Notes: generated by a model from the sequence alone, not told the origin. A stretch of DNA of 63,594 nt, filler included, from Chiloscyllium plagiosum (GCF_004010195.1; 4 parts of one record of this genome joined end to end with filler, not necessarily neighbours in it), one strand, 5' to 3'; positions 36,232-49,505 are shown, numbered from the whole stretch's first letter. Program-made: numbers and translations.

Positions 36232-36999
36232 NNNNNNNNNNNNNNNNNNNNNNNNNNNNNNNNNNNNNNNNNNNNNNNNNNNNNNNNNNNNNNNNNNNNN
36301 NNNNNNNNNNNNNNNNNNNNNNNNNNNNNNNNNNNNNNNNNNNNNNNNNNNNNNNNNNNNNNNNNNNNNNNNNNNNNNNNNNNNNNNNNNNNNNNNNNNN
36401 NNNNNNNNNNNNNNNNNNNNNNNNNNNNNNNNNNNNNNNNNNNNNNNNNNNNNNNNNNNNNNNNNNNNNNNNNNNNNNNNNNNNNNNNNNNNNNNNNNNN
36501 NNNNNNNNNNNNNNNNNNNNNNNNNNNNNNNNNNNNNNNNNNNNNNNNNNNNNNNNNNNNNNNNNNNNNNNNNNNNNNNNNNNNNNNNNNNNNNNNNNNN
36601 NNNNNNNNNNNNNNNNNNNNNNNNNNNNNNNNNNNNNNNNNNNNNNNNNNNNNNNNNNNNNNNNNNNNNNNNNNNNNNNNNNNNNNNNNNNNNNNNNNNN
36701 NNNNNNNNNNNNNNNNNNNNNNNNNNNNNNNNNNNNNNNNNNNNNNNNNNNNNNNNNNNNNNNNNNNNNNNNNNNNNNNNNNNNNNNNNNNNNNNNNNNN
36801 NNNNNNNNNNNNNNNNNNNNNNNNNNNNNNNNNNNNNNNNNNNNNNNNNNNNNNNNNNNNNNNNNNNNNNNNNNNNNNNNNNNNNNNNNNNNNNNNNNNN
36901 NNNNNNNNNNNNNNNNNNNNNNNNNNNNNNNNNNNNNNNNNNNNNNNNNNNNNNNNNNNNNNNNNNNNNNNNNNNNNNNNNNNNNNNNNNNNNNNNNNN
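36232..36999. other. Assembly gap
   Basis: Run of N. Confidence 0.99.
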
Positions 37000-37199
37000 T
37001 TATATCTTTGTGAAACTGGGATTTGAGGTTTGTCCTCATGTCCTTACTGTTTGAACGGTAGGGTTTGGGGCCTGGCTTTGCTGCTCCTCTCCCTTGTAAA
37101 ATTGCTGTCTCTTGTATGCAGCTGTAAATGTAACTGTTTGTTGTAAACTGTTTTTGTAATTTGTTTAATAAAATAAAATAAATAAACAGGAAAAAAAAA
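37000..37199 (+). mobile_element. Possible 3' end of a polyadenylated retroposed element
   Basis: GT-rich 3' UTR-like stretch, tandem AATAAA and an A-run directly after the gap. Confidence 0.35.
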
Positions 37200-39560
37200 T
37201 AGAGTTAATTGTACCAATTATCTGGCAACTACCATACATGGATATAGGGTGCTGTGTCATTATCATGTTAGATCACATGGTGTTGAAACTTGATTTGACA
37301 AGGCACTATTGAATCTCTACCCTACAGTGTTACTAATTAATGTTAATAATTTGCACTGAACTTAGGTTCAGCCCTTATTTGTCTCACGCTCCTCAGAATC
37401 TTCCTGCAAAACTCTCCTGGAATATCTTCATTGTGTGGGCGAGGATTTATTTGGATGAAGGGTCTCATCTTAATTGAGTATAAAAGATTGCAAATGATCC
37501 AATGTAAGGTTGCAACATACTTGATCTTAAAATTCACTGATCTTTTGATCTATTTGACTTAAAACTGCTTTAAATCAGACAGAAATTCCAAGCCCATATT
37601 TTTGAAATGTAAGTCATGAGTGGATTAGAAAGAACTGCCACTCCCTGTGTTGCATGACTCTGGCAGGCTGTTTCCTACCTGTATTAATGCTTAGTTTCTA
37701 AGCAAACAGATCAACAGATTATGGAAACTATTCTGGAGTTTTGTTGAACATCAAAGACGGTTTAGATTATTTGTAAAATGGAATCATAAGCTGAAGCATA
37801 GAGAAGTGTATCATGGGCATCAGGGAAATGTGATAAATGTCTTGATAGGCAAGACTGACTGGATTACTCATGGATGAAGTCTATTGAGAGTTATATCCAC
37901 TTTCAAAAGTGGAGATACTCTATCTTGCTGCTGACAATGATTCATTGTGTTACTCGTCTTAGAATGTTTTTACTGTGGTTTGATTTTGTATTTGGGTTTG
38001 TTTTAAGGTGAGCACACGAGGCTCTGGCTTAATAGTGTACTAGATGAGTTGCCATTTGACTCTCCAAAGATTTCGTGAACGCTAATTTTAAAAGCCATTC
38101 CAATGGATATGGAAGCTTACTGCATCAAAAACAATGTTCAGTCTGCTGATAATATCCATTGTCTGCAGTCGTGAGTAAGAACATTGAATAATTTAATAAT
38201 TAGAATTAAACAGCACTAATGATGATATAAGTGGAGAGTTTTGAACATAAAACTAATGAATGATCAGATAATTTGAATCAAGTGACTACATTAAAAGGAG
38301 TCAGACTGTAATGTGATCAGGACTAATCGAAATTTATTGAAGTGAAACAGGTGAGCAATAAAGCAGAACCATTGGAAGGTGTGCGATTTTGCGATTTTAT
38401 AATATAAAAAGGAGCATAATGCCATATAATATTCTGCCACTAAAATTGCTGGAGGTGGGTCAGTCATAGGGGAAAGTAACTGAGGCTAATTGAAAGGAGT
38501 CTTTTTTTTAAAAAAAGACTGTATGGTGTAGTTTTATGAAAAAGTATGAAGTAGATTTGTTTGTCAGACAATACAAGGCACCTAAAGTATGAAAAAGGTA
38601 TCGTGAGTGACAAACTTGGAATGTGACAGAGCAATGCATTAGCAGCCACCTTTGACACTATTTCTGTTCAGCAGCCTTGGGAGGACTTACTGTTAGTTAA
38701 ATATGTGTATATTTTTATGGCAAAATTGTCATTCATCAATGATATTGCTCATGGCAAATCAGTTTTCCTGTTGTCAATTTAACTGTTGCAGAAAGGAGCT
38801 GAGTGAAGGGGAGGCATATCTTAGCGAGGAATTTGCTATGTATTTTTGATATAATTAGTATTTAGCTCTGGAAAATAATTACTTTCATCTGACCTGCAAG
38901 GAGATAGATAGCACAGCTAATTAAATTAACCTGCCTGTCTCTTTTAAGATGGGTTTTTCTAGCAAAGGTTAACAAATATCTAAACCTTAGAGGAGAAAAG
39001 ATAATTTCAATTTGAAACAATTTTACTAAACAGTTACAATTTTTGTTACTGAAATATTATCTTTAAATATTCATGTTTGACTGGGATTTTTCTTTTCAGC
39101 GCCTACAGTTTGACTGTTTCTGGCTACCGGAACTAATACCTCCTTACATGGATCAGTGCTAATTATGTTGATATAACTGCTTTGAAGTAATTTGTTGCAT
39201 GGAAAAAAAAAGTTCTGTTAAAGTTTTAGTTCTATGATGTGAACAGCATTAATTCAAGAAGTAGGTCCACTGCCACATTACAAACAAGTTAGACTTTGAG
39301 ATTTTTCCATTTGTATTGATATATGCGGCAGAAAAGCACACATTTTTGTCTGTTTGCATGGGCAGTTCTTCACAGCACAGCTAACCAGCCTGTCACCAGG
39401 GGAGATGGCTCAAGGGATATCAAACATGGCTGACAAGGCTGCACTGTTTGCCACAGCTATATTGGAAGGCTGGGTAACCAACCTGTTGATGGTTAAGTTT
39501 TGGACACGAGTGGTCATCAAGCCCTGGTATGGGACTCAAACCTGGAGCTTCTGGCATGTT

Positions 39561-39881
39561 TTAGATTAGATTAGATTCCTTACAGTGTGGAAACAGGCCC
39601 TTCAGCCCAATAAGTCCACACCGACTCTCCGAAGAGTAACCCACCCAGGCCCATTTCCCTCTGACTAATGCATCTAACACTATGGGCAATTTAGCATGGC
39701 CAATTCTCCTGGCGTGCACATCTTTGGACTGTGGGAGGAAACCGGAGCACCCAGAGGAAACCCACACAGACACAGGGAGAACGTGCAAACTCCACACAGA
39801 CAATTGCCCGAGGCTGGAATCAAACCTGGGTCCTTGGTGCTGTGAGGCAGCAGTGCTAACCACTGAGCCACTGTGCCGCCC
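39561..39881 (-). mobile_element. HE1-type V-SINE, full length
   Basis: (ttaga)n tail, V-domain and head ending ...gtgccgccc. Confidence 0.95.
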
Positions 39882-39994
39882 TGGTGTTATTCACCATTCC
39901 AGAAGACTGGGTTGAGATGAGCATTTGAAATACCATATTTTATGAGCCAAATGTTGGAAAATGGAATGAGGATAGATAGATACATAGATGCACA

Positions 39995-40270
39995 GTGAGG
40001 GACCCAGGTTTGATTTCACCCTCAGGTGACATTTTTCCTGTGTCAACATGGGTTTCCTCCAGGTGCTCCAGTTTCATCCCAAACTCCAAAGATGTGCAGA
40101 TTAGGTGGACTGGCCATGCTAAACTTCCTGTAGTATGGATTAGTCTGGATTAGCCGTGGAAAATGCAGCTACTGGGATAGAGTAGCGGAATGGGTCTGGG
40201 TGAGATGCTGTTTGGTGGTTGGTGTGGACTTGGTATGCTGAATGGTCTGCTTCCACATTGTAAGGATTCT
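39995..40270 (+). mobile_element. Diverged HE1-type SINE
   Basis: gggacccaggtttgatt..gggtttcctccaggtgctccag..ggccatgctaaa..ttccacattgtaaggattct. Confidence 0.8.
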
Positions 40271-41279
40271 TTGATGCAGTGCTTGATGATCGGCATTGAT
40301 ATGTTGGGCCATTTTCCATTCTGTGAAACTCTGATGCTCTGGCATCTGGGAGTGTAATCTTGTGAGAAGGCAAGGTTGGATTTGTGCACCACAAATTTGG
40401 CCTAGTTCGTTTTGGATTTTTCTTCTTCCAACTTTTTGGCTGTCAGCTATAACAACAACAACCTGTATTAAAATAGCTCTTTGTACAGGGAATAGTGTGC
40501 TTCACTGGAGGATAATCCCCAACTTCTAGTGTTTGGGCCAAGCTGTTGAAAGCAGTGGTGATGTGATAGCAATAGGTTTTCAAATTTTTACAAGTTACAT
40601 ATGATCATATTTTTCAACTCTATTTTGGCATGTCAGTAAGTGTATTTGTTGCTGTTCTCCATGTGACTGCAAACTCTGAGATGGATAGCTTGTTACGTAG
40701 CACTTGGCTGCAATGTAGCAATAAGATCTGATACCCAGGATAGTTCCTGTCTCTTTTTGAATGATATAATTATATTACAGGCCTCTAAAAACATGCACTT
40801 CTCGATCAATGTAACTATTACAAACATTTACGTTTGTTAATCTTTCAGGAAAAAATATTTTGAAATAATATCTTAAGCTTGCTTCATTCTCTGAAAATAT
40901 TAATGCTGTTACACAGGTGACAGGATGTTGTCCCTTTATTTGTCCATTTGGTACTTGGTGGTGAGTAGGCACACTGCACAGGTGATGGGTTTTGTATGTT
41001 GCTCCCAGTGTTACAGGTGGTTTGCTTAATACTGCTGTTGTTACCACTTCCTGATTATATTGTTTATGTTTATATTTGTCCATGATACTGTTGATGTTGC
41101 CACTTTATTCAGTGATGTTGCTTATGAACTTACTAACATTTGCAATTCCAGCTCAGCACGGGTTGTGTTGGACTCTCTCTCTTTCTTTCCATTTGCTCAC
41201 TGGACTGTTTGTTTTTCCAACAACATGCACAGAATAGACTTTTGACGTGTGGGGGCTGTCCTTGTTGAAGTGTTGACTA

Positions 41280-41505
41280 CAGGTTGTTCTGATATAACAC
41301 AATAGTTGTGCTCCTTTTCCATGCACTGTGGAAAATCATGGTATGAAAAACTGCTATAGAACATCGCTCAGTAGAAGATTGTTAATAGAAAATCGCTATA
41401 TCCATTCAGTAGAAAGTTCATGTTACCCAGACAATGTCCACAATATGTCAACTGCATTATAGCCAATTTGTGCTGGCAAAACATGTGTTATAGCAGAACA
41501 GCCTG
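41280..41505. mobile_element. Tc1/mariner-pogo (Tigger-like) MITE
   Basis: 22-bp TIRs CAGGTTGTTCTGATATAACACA / TGTGTTATAGCAGAACAGCCTG (2 mismatches), flanked by TA on both sides. Confidence 0.88.
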
Positions 41506-42613
41506 TATCGTCTCCCTGTGAATCAGTAAGTTGTTTTTCTTTCGTCTGATCACTTGGAGGACTGCCTTGCTTGCCAAAGTTATCTTGAACTTTCTTTGAT
41601 TCAAGATCTTTGCAGGTGATTTCAGGTCAGCCTTGAGAAAGTGTAGATTGGAGAGAGAATAAAGTTTTTAGTTTGGCTCTTGCTTTATTGTTACAAATTT
41701 TGAGAGGGTTTCTTGACCCTGGGTTTGTCTTCAGATATAAACCTACATGTGCTTGGGTAATGTGGTGATGATAGTAGAGCTTGTACTGTGCAGGAAATTC
41801 CTTAAATTCTCTGGAGGTGAATTGTCTTCGGGAGGAATTCTTTGTGTATCATCTTGGGTATAATTCTTCCAGATCTGTTTCACAGAGTACTATCTTTGAA
41901 TGAGAAATCCATTCTGCCATATTGCTGGTCATGTTTGCTGTATCTTAGTAGATTATCCACGGTTTACTTGCTGAAAGAGCATCTGTAAGTCTTCGTGTTT
42001 GTGATCTCATCTCTAATTGGACTCTTTCAGTGGTGTTATGTTCACTAGTTGTTGAGTCTTTATTCTTGAATTGTTTATCTCATAGTTTACTGAGATATGC
42101 TCAGCCCTTTGCAGTTGCTCAATATCCAAGATATGAGGACCATCTCTTTCAGTGACATGGTACCTAGGGTTCATATCTTCCAATTTGTGATCACAAATTT
42201 TGCTTGTTTCCAGCTGTTGGATCTCAGTTCTGACATTTGCCATCATCATGGTATTTCTTTGATTCAGAGCTTATTTCTTTGGGTGACTGTGTACTGAATC
42301 ACAGAAGGTCGACAGCATTGAAAGCAGCCACCTGGTTCATTGTGTCTGTATCAACCAAAAAAACAAATTACCCAGCTTAATTTTACTTTATAACAGTTTA
42401 GTTTGTAAACATGCAGAATGTAGCATTGGTGGTGCATATTGAAATTCCTTTTACATGAGTTAACTGTCTGTGCCTTCCCTACCCTTTCAGACCGCTACAC
42501 ACCACACACTGCATGAAAGTGATTTTCTTCCCCATGCACACGCCCTTCGACTCTTCCTGCCAATTACTTTAAAGCTAAGGTTAATATGCTGTTCTTCTAC
42601 ACTTTGTACTTTT

Positions 42614-42826
42614 GATTTGGAGACACCAGTGTTGGACTGGGGTGTACAAAGTTAAAGATCACACAACACCAGGTTATAGTCCAAGAGATTTATTTGGAAG
42701 CACTAGCTTTCGGTCCGCTGCTCCTCAGACAACCAACTGATGAAGGAGCAGCGCTCTGAAAGCTAGTGCTTCCAAATAAACCTCTTGGACTATAACCTGG
42801 TGTTGTCTGATTTTTAACTTTGTACT
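42614..42826. mobile_element. Penelope-derived fold-back insertion (same family as 1-372)
   Basis: Arms of about 85 bp are inverted; flanked by ACTTTGTACTTTT at 42601-42613 and 42817-42829; hammerhead motif at 42737-42766. Confidence 0.88.
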
Positions 42827-43249
42827 TTTTCTTTCAACTTTTATGGAAAGATTTGGTATATTTTTAAAGAACTGACATTTCTCTCTGTTCTGCTTCTGAT
42901 TTATGGTCATGGTTTAATTTCTCACTTTCTTCCAGATCTGAATGGTTGTGTGAATTTCTTTTCTCTTGGGAGTGTCTCATTTCAGACATTTCATGTAGTT
43001 GTATGATTTCTGTGCCTATTGTGTTCTCAGACTCATCTTCCAGATGATACTGCTTTTTCTTGTTCCTTTTACTTCTCATTCATTGCATTGCTTTGCCTCC
43101 AGTAAATGATTTACTATCTACTTTCTTTTTATTTAGCACAATTTTTCTTGTTGTTTGCACTTTCTGCAAGTTCTGCAGTTTGATCCATTTGAGGGACATT
43201 TCCTTCTGTCTGTGAGCTCATGATTTTTCACATATCTGGCTCATCTTTA

Positions 43250-43432
43250 GGTGGATTGTCCATGCTAAATTGCTTATAGTATCCAGGGGTATATTGGTTA
43301 GGTAGATTAGCCATGGGAAATGCAGGATTGCAGAGATTGGGGAGCGGTTGGGAGTCTGGGTGGGTTGCTCTTCAGAGAGTCAGTGTGGACTTTGGCCAAA
43401 TGGTCTGTTTCCACACTGTAGGGATTCTATGA
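43250..43432 (+). mobile_element. HE1-type SINE 3' half
   Basis: ttaggtggattgtccatgctaaattg...tgtttccacactgtagggattctatg. Confidence 0.85.
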
Positions 43433-43464
43433 TCTTTATCTTAGTCTAGTGTATATTCTTTCAT

Positions 43465-43575
43465 GAACGAAAACAGAAGTTGGTGTAAGAGCTCAGTTGG
43501 TCCGGCAGCATCTGTGAAGAGAAATCCGAGTTAATGTTTCAGATCTAGTGACCCTCCCTCAGAAGGGTCTTTGCG
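43465..43575 (-). mobile_element. Short Penelope-type terminal fragment with a 9-bp TSD
   Basis: TTCTTTCAT at 43456-43464 and 43576-43584; ggcagcatctgtgaagagaaa..gagttaatgtttc..gtgaccct. Confidence 0.65.
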
Positions 43576-46164
43576 TTCTTTCATCACTGTTTCACTGCAT
43601 CGACCCTGCTGCCTTATCTGACAGCTCGCACTTTGTATAGTCAGCGTCTTCATCTGTCTACTCGGCTTCATTTCCTCTGGCACTGTCAATGGTTTGTGAC
43701 ATTGTGAACTTGTCCTTTCTAATCATTTTTTTTGTGTACTTCAGGAGGGCAAAGCCCAGAAGAGTTTTGTAGATGATACGTGTGCTGAACTTTTCAAAGA
43801 CGTGGTCTGAGTTTACTCCTTTCATCTTTATTCAGCTCTTAGCTATTAAACAATTTAATTTTATTCTTTCCTGCCCCCAAAAGAATATAACTTTGTTTCT
43901 GTTCTGAAAGCTTTTCTTGGAAAGTGACTGAATGTCAGCCCACATTTATGTTTCAACCTCTCAAATACCTCTGCAAGATCACCAGCCTGACCAGTCTATC
44001 ATGTGTATATATATCCTGGATCTTTTTGAGCGTAGATCTTGCTGTTCTTCATGTGGCTAGCTGACTGATGCATTGTTATTCAACATGTGACTGCAGTGCA
44101 GTAGTAAAATGTGGTATCCTGGGATAAGTCTTCACAAAACAATAGACATCTGGTTGTGCACGAGGCCAGAATTGGAGGAGCATAGATCTTGGAGAGTTGT
44201 ACTATTGACAGCATAATAATAGAGGGTCAAGGTCAAGGAGGGAATCAAACAAGAGGATGAACCTTTTTTGTGTGACGGGGAAACCAGTGTAGTTGCTGAC
44301 AGTGCATAAGGATAATAGGTGAATAGGACTTGGTGTGAGCCAGAATATGAACAAGGGAGTTTTGGATCACTCATGATTATGGAGATTGAAAGATGGGAGG
44401 CCACGTACAGGAATAATTGAATCTAAAGGTAATGAAAGCATGACTGAAATACAGCAGCCTACGAATCAAGTCAGGGTTAGAAACTGATCTGTATCTTAAC
44501 TCCATCTGCTAACTGTATGTTTTTGTTATGTTTTTGACTTAACAAAAGGCCTTCGATTTCAGTTTTAGAATTATCAGTTGACCTCATCTCAAAAGTTAAT
44601 TTGGAAAAAGACAGTTTCAGGTTTCCACTACCTTCTGAGAAGAAGTGCTTCTGATGGTGCCCTTGAACTGCCTTGGTCTATTATTGAGGTTTTATCTCCT
44701 CTACTTTATTCTGGACCCCACATCAGAGGAAACAGTTTCTTTCTTCTATCCCATGAAATTCTCTTTCACACTTAAAATGTTTCTCATGTCTGCAACTTAT
44801 ATACAGTGGGAGTCGAGCAGTCTTTAATGCAACCTGACCTCAGACCTTAACCCATTTAGCTCCTTTATGATTTCATCCAATTTCTTTTCTCATTTTTTAT
44901 TCTGTCTCTCTGCTGCTCTTTTATTTTAACAGCATGCAATTCTTTTTACAAAAGCAGGATTTAAAAAGTAGGCTCTCAGTTCCTACTTGTTTTGAACTCA
45001 ATGTAACTTCATTATTGCAGCTTGTTTGCACGCTCTAGCTATTGCAGGAAATAATGATTTGTAGCATTTGGATTTTGTTGGGATGTTTTCATGCCTGCTT
45101 GCAATTTGCTGATTTGCAGAATCCACAGCTTTTATTTTCAATTTGGTTAATGTATAAGCGTCAAATGTAGGCAAGTGTGATAGAGAAGTTTGTGTGCCAG
45201 CAAGTGTGATCCATGCTGTATGGCAAGCATATTCTCTGAGAAATGTTTGTGATAGTGGGAAACATGAGTGACACCATAAGTTTATTGGGAGATGGAAAGA
45301 TGCCCATAGTGTGTTGAGTTTGGAAAAAGACCATAAGACTGTAAGAAAGCAGAGCTCGACTTGGGAATGTACAGATGACTAATCTATCACCAGCACGCTT
45401 GGCAGAGTAGAGAGGGAAGAATATGTATTCATAACAATAGAAACTGGAAGATTTGCTGTTTTTCTCCCTGGTTCTTCCAACCTCTGAAATCAGCACCTGG
45501 TGAAAATGCACCATGGGCAAACAAAATTCATGAGAAGTCCAAATATTGTACATTTCACTTTTGCTGAGGAAACCAAAAAAAAGCTAAACAGTTTTGGACT
45601 TTGATTCACTCTTGCAGATCAAAGACTCCAAACTTCAAACTGTGTATCTTCCTGTTTGTACTGGACATGTTTCCCAAACCCCTGCTTCTTTTAAACTTAT
45701 TATATGTGTTTGTGCATGTATTATATTGTATTGCTTTCTGTCAGGAGTAGTTGGTAATAAAATGCTTCTTTCTTTCACTCAAGAAAACCTTGATAATTTG
45801 TTGCTTCATTTTCTGGTGAACTGTGAACTATGATAGCTGCAAGCTAAAAGGAAACACAAAGAAAAGGTTGTTGTGACTATGAAGACCATATCTTTTCATT
45901 TTTCTGTATTTTGATTTGGATTGAAATAAGAAAAAAGACTGTTTTAAGACCAAGGATTGTGGAAAGGATAGCTGCACTTTGAAAAATCAAGTTACCTGGC
46001 ACCAGTTATAAGTGTTGTTTGCACTTCAGCATCTGCCTAGTTGTTTGCATTGCTATCTGTTCAAGCAATGGGTGAAGTCTAGTTGAGGACGAGCTGAAGT
46101 TGAAGGATGTGTAAGAATATCGATTTCCCTGCCAGTAAGGAGGTCTGGAGAATGGTGCCGGAGA

Positions 46165-46339
46165 TGTGTTGCTGGAAAAGCGCAGCAGGTCAGGCAGCAT
46201 CCAGGGAACAGGAGAATCGACGTTTCGGGCATAAGCCCTTCTTCAGGAATGAGGAAAGTTTGTCCAGCAGGCTAAGATAAAAGGTAGGGAGGAGGGACTT
46301 GGGGGAGGGGCGTCAGAAATGTGATAGGTGGAAAGAGGT
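46165..46339 (-). mobile_element. Young Penelope-like 3' terminus with an intact hammerhead core (46215-46250)
   Basis: Reverse complement reads ATTC-CTGAAGA-A-GGGC/ttat/GCCC-GAAA-CG-TC-GATT. Confidence 0.88.
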
Positions 46340-46439
46340 NNNNNNNNNNNNNNNNNNNNNNNNNNNNNNNNNNNNNNNNNNNNTTAATTAATTAANNNNN
46401 NNNNNNNNNNNNNNNNNNNNNNNNNNNNNNNNNNNNNNN
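46340..46439. other. Artificial 100-bp scaffold spacer
   Basis: 44N-TTAATTAATTAA-44N. Confidence 0.97.
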
Positions 46440-46628
46440 TTCTACAACTCAATGAAGTCCAGTTGAAGGCCGAGATTGATAGATTCTTGTTGTCTAGAGG
46501 AATTAAGGGCTACGGGGAGAACGCTGGTAAGTGAAGCTGAAATGCGCATCAGCCATGATTGAATGGCGGAGTGGACTCGATGGGCCGAATGGCCTTACTT
46601 CCACTCCTATGTCTTATGGTCTTATGGT
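46440..46628 (+). mobile_element. CR1 3' end with a (TCTTATGG)n tail
   Basis: gagattgatagattctt...cagccatgattgaatggcggagtggactcgatgggccgaatggcc...tcttatggtcttatgg. Confidence 0.88.
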
Positions 46629-47497
46629 CGAAGTATCAAAACGGTCAGATCAATATCGCTAAAAAGCCATATACATACAACTAATTTCAATCCTCTTGAA
46701 TATTCGATACATAAAATCTATTTTAAAAATCTGATAGACCATCCCAACATATTACATGTAATTATTAAGTAAAATTCCATTTTAAAAATGTATACACTTA
46801 CCTCTGAAAGTTTCATTCTGCTCCCATAGGAGTCTTACTGAAATCAAAGAACTACTGAAAATGTGTAAAACAAAATGTGAAAAGCAATGTTAATTTTCAA
46901 CAATTAGGCTAAATTGACAAATTACATGACTGTGCTTTGTAAGGCAGATTGACAGCACCATCAGTGGCAGAGATTCTCATGTAGTTTCTTTTTATAAACA
47001 AGCACACAATTTTCAATATGACCTTAACTAGCAATGAATATTGAGAGGTTCACCACTTTTGAAACCGCAAGTAAACCCACTTTCCCATTAGCTGCTGCCA
47101 TTTCAGACAAAGATTATTTCTTTCATCTTATCTTTTGCCTGTCTTCTCAAATCCCTGACAACACTTCAACAGTCCCCAAACTTCCCACTGTCCGACTGCT
47201 ATGTCAGGGTTAGCTGTCTTAATTAAGCCTAAGCTTTCCTCTGTAACTCTCTTCAGACACTGCAAAGGGCAATTGAGATGCTCTCTTTGTTTTCTTATGC
47301 ACAGTAACTTCAAATGATCCATCATACTCTAGTACTGATCATCCTGGCCACTACACTAACTGGACCTGCTCTTCCTTGTCTCCTTCCCAATTATCTCAGC
47401 CCTCTCAAAGTTAATCCTGTGGAATCTGTCAATGGAACAGTTATGACTGGACGCCTTTGCATCTCCCTCTAGAACAGCTGCTCATAAGTGAACAAAG

Positions 47498-47670
47498 GTA
47501 AAAGTGAGGACTGCAGATGCTGGAGATTAGAGTCAAAAGTCTGGTGCTGGAAAAGCACAGCAGGTCAGGCAGCATCTGAGGAGCAGGAGAATTGACATTT
47601 CGGGCAAAAGCTCTCCAGCTCCTCGGATGCTGCCAGAGCTGCTGTGCTTTTCCAGCACCACACTCTCGAC
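47498..47670. mobile_element. Penelope-derived fold-back mini-insertion with a perfect 15-bp TSD
   Basis: CATAAGTGAACAAAG at 47483-47497 and 47671-47685; arms tggtgctggaaaagcacagcag / ctgctgtgcttttccagcacca. Confidence 0.9.
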
Positions 47671-47984
47671 CATAAGTGAACAAAGTCTTGCCTCCATGAC
47701 CTTTGCGTTATTCATTTCATCCACAACACAAACTAAATAGTAACCTTATTGAAGTATGATGACATCTTCCTCTAAGTGAAGTCCCTCCATGTGGCTGCAT
47801 ATTCTACCACATTCTGTGTTTAAATCCCCACAGTGGCATGTGGGGCTCATTACCAAATTACCTTGGACTATTCCACTGCTCTCTGACACCTTTCCTTCCC
47901 TTTGGTCAACTCATCCGAGTCCATTGCTCTCACCTGAAATATTAAAAGTCCTTACTCTCCTACTAAGCAACTAAACACAATAGT

Positions 47985-49022
47985 GTGACGCAGTGGCTCA
48001 GTGATTTTCATAGCGCCAGGGACCCAGATTTGATTCCAACCTTGGGGGACTGTGTGGAGTTTACACATTCTCCCTGTGCCTGCCTGGGTTTCCACTAGGT
48101 ATACCGGTTTCCCCCCAGTGTGCAAAGATGTCATTGTTAGGTGGATTAGCCACACTAAATTGTGAACACTTTCCAGGGTTGAGCAGACTGGGTGGATTAG
48201 CCATGGGAAATGTAGGGTTACAGTGATAGGGTGGACTTGATGGGCCAAATGGACTGCTTCAACACTGTAGGTCTTCTATTTTAAAGAAAACAGCTGGCTC
48301 AGTGGTTAACATTATTGATCCCAAGTTCAATTCCAGCCTTGTATGACTATTTATGTGGAGTTTGCCCTTCTCCCCATGTCCATGTGGGTTTTCTCCCAAA
48401 GATGCCGAGATTAGATGGATTAGCCATCGGAAATGCAGGGTTTTAGGGATAGGATAAGGGTTGGGTTTGGATGGGATGCTCTTAAGACAGTCATAGTGAT
48501 GCACAGCATGGAAACAGACCCTTCGGTCCAATTCTTTTTGCGGACCAGATATCCTAACCTAATCTAGTCCCATTTACCAGCATTTGGTCCATATCCCTCT
48601 AAACACTTTCTATTCATACACTCATCCAGATGCCTGTCAACTGAAGTAATTGTACCAGCCTCCACCAATTCCTTTGGTAGCTCATTCCACCCTCTGCATG
48701 ATAAAGTTGCCCCTTAGGTCCCTTTTAAATATTTCCCCTCTCATCCTAAACCTATATCCTCTAGTACTGGCCTCCCCATCCTAGGGAGAAGACCTTGTCT
48801 ATTTATCCTATCCATGCCCCTCATGATTTTATACACCTCTATAAGGTCCCACTTTCAACCTCTAACATTCCAGGGAAAACAGCCCCATCCTATTCAGCCT
48901 CTCCCTGTAGCTCAAACTCTCCAATCCTGGCAACATCCTTGTAAATCTTTTCTGAACCCTTTCAAGTTTCACAACATCTTTTCTATCATTGTGGACTTGA
49001 TGGGCTGAATGGCCTGCTTCCA
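47985..49022 (+). mobile_element. Two tandem diverged HE1 SINEs; the second is split by a HER1 insertion
   Basis: Heads at ~47990 and ~48295; the second copy's tail resumes at ~48988 (tgtggacttgatgggctgaatggcctgcttcc). Confidence 0.75.
48488..48985 (-). mobile_element. HER1-type CR1 3' end
   Basis: Minus-strand DVVKLERVQKRFTRMLPGLESLSYRERL, with tail agtcatag. Confidence 0.92.
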
Positions 49023-49505
49023 TGATGCCTTTTTTCTCACAAGGTATCCTCACGTTTTTCCTCCTTCGGCTCAGCATCTTTCATCCATGGTGAGCATAAA
49101 GTCCATCTCAGCCTGATCATGCTGTCTCTCATTGCTTTCCTATACTTCTTTAGTATCCCTTTCCAAAAATTACTCACCACTCATATTCGCAGCCATCTCA
49201 TGAGATATTGATCTTTGCATTGCGTCAATCACAGATAAAAACATCTTCAGTCATGTCCTAGTAGTGCTGTCAACCTACTTCCTCCCTTCCCTCATAATCC
49301 TTCTTCCTTCTTTCCCTCCTCTGGGAAAAATAAACTAACCTCCAATTGACTTACAATTTTCCAATACAAAGTCTCAGAGTCACCTTTCACCCAGGACTTT
49401 TCTGCAGTTACTAATTTGTTCCTTTGCACCATCACCATCACTTTTAATGACATAATCACAATTAAGAGCATTACTCTCTCTTTCACCCTGACCATTCCCT
49501 TTTAA

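Larger units (their letters stand above)
40870..43200 (-). mobile_element. Possible decayed retroelement internal region (gag-like?), hosting younger inserts
   Basis: Long strand-biased stretch (A-rich on minus) with broken charged ORFs such as 42013-42249 and 42864-43079; no diagnostic motif recognised. Confidence 0.3.

Noticed and set aside
43745..43810. Acceptor followed by EGKAQKSFVDDTCAELFKDVV*
   Set aside because: There is no convincing donor or homology, so it is compatible with chance.
45161..45553. 130-aa minus-strand ORF
   Set aside because: Its composition is like random non-coding DNA, with no recognisable motif or splice support.
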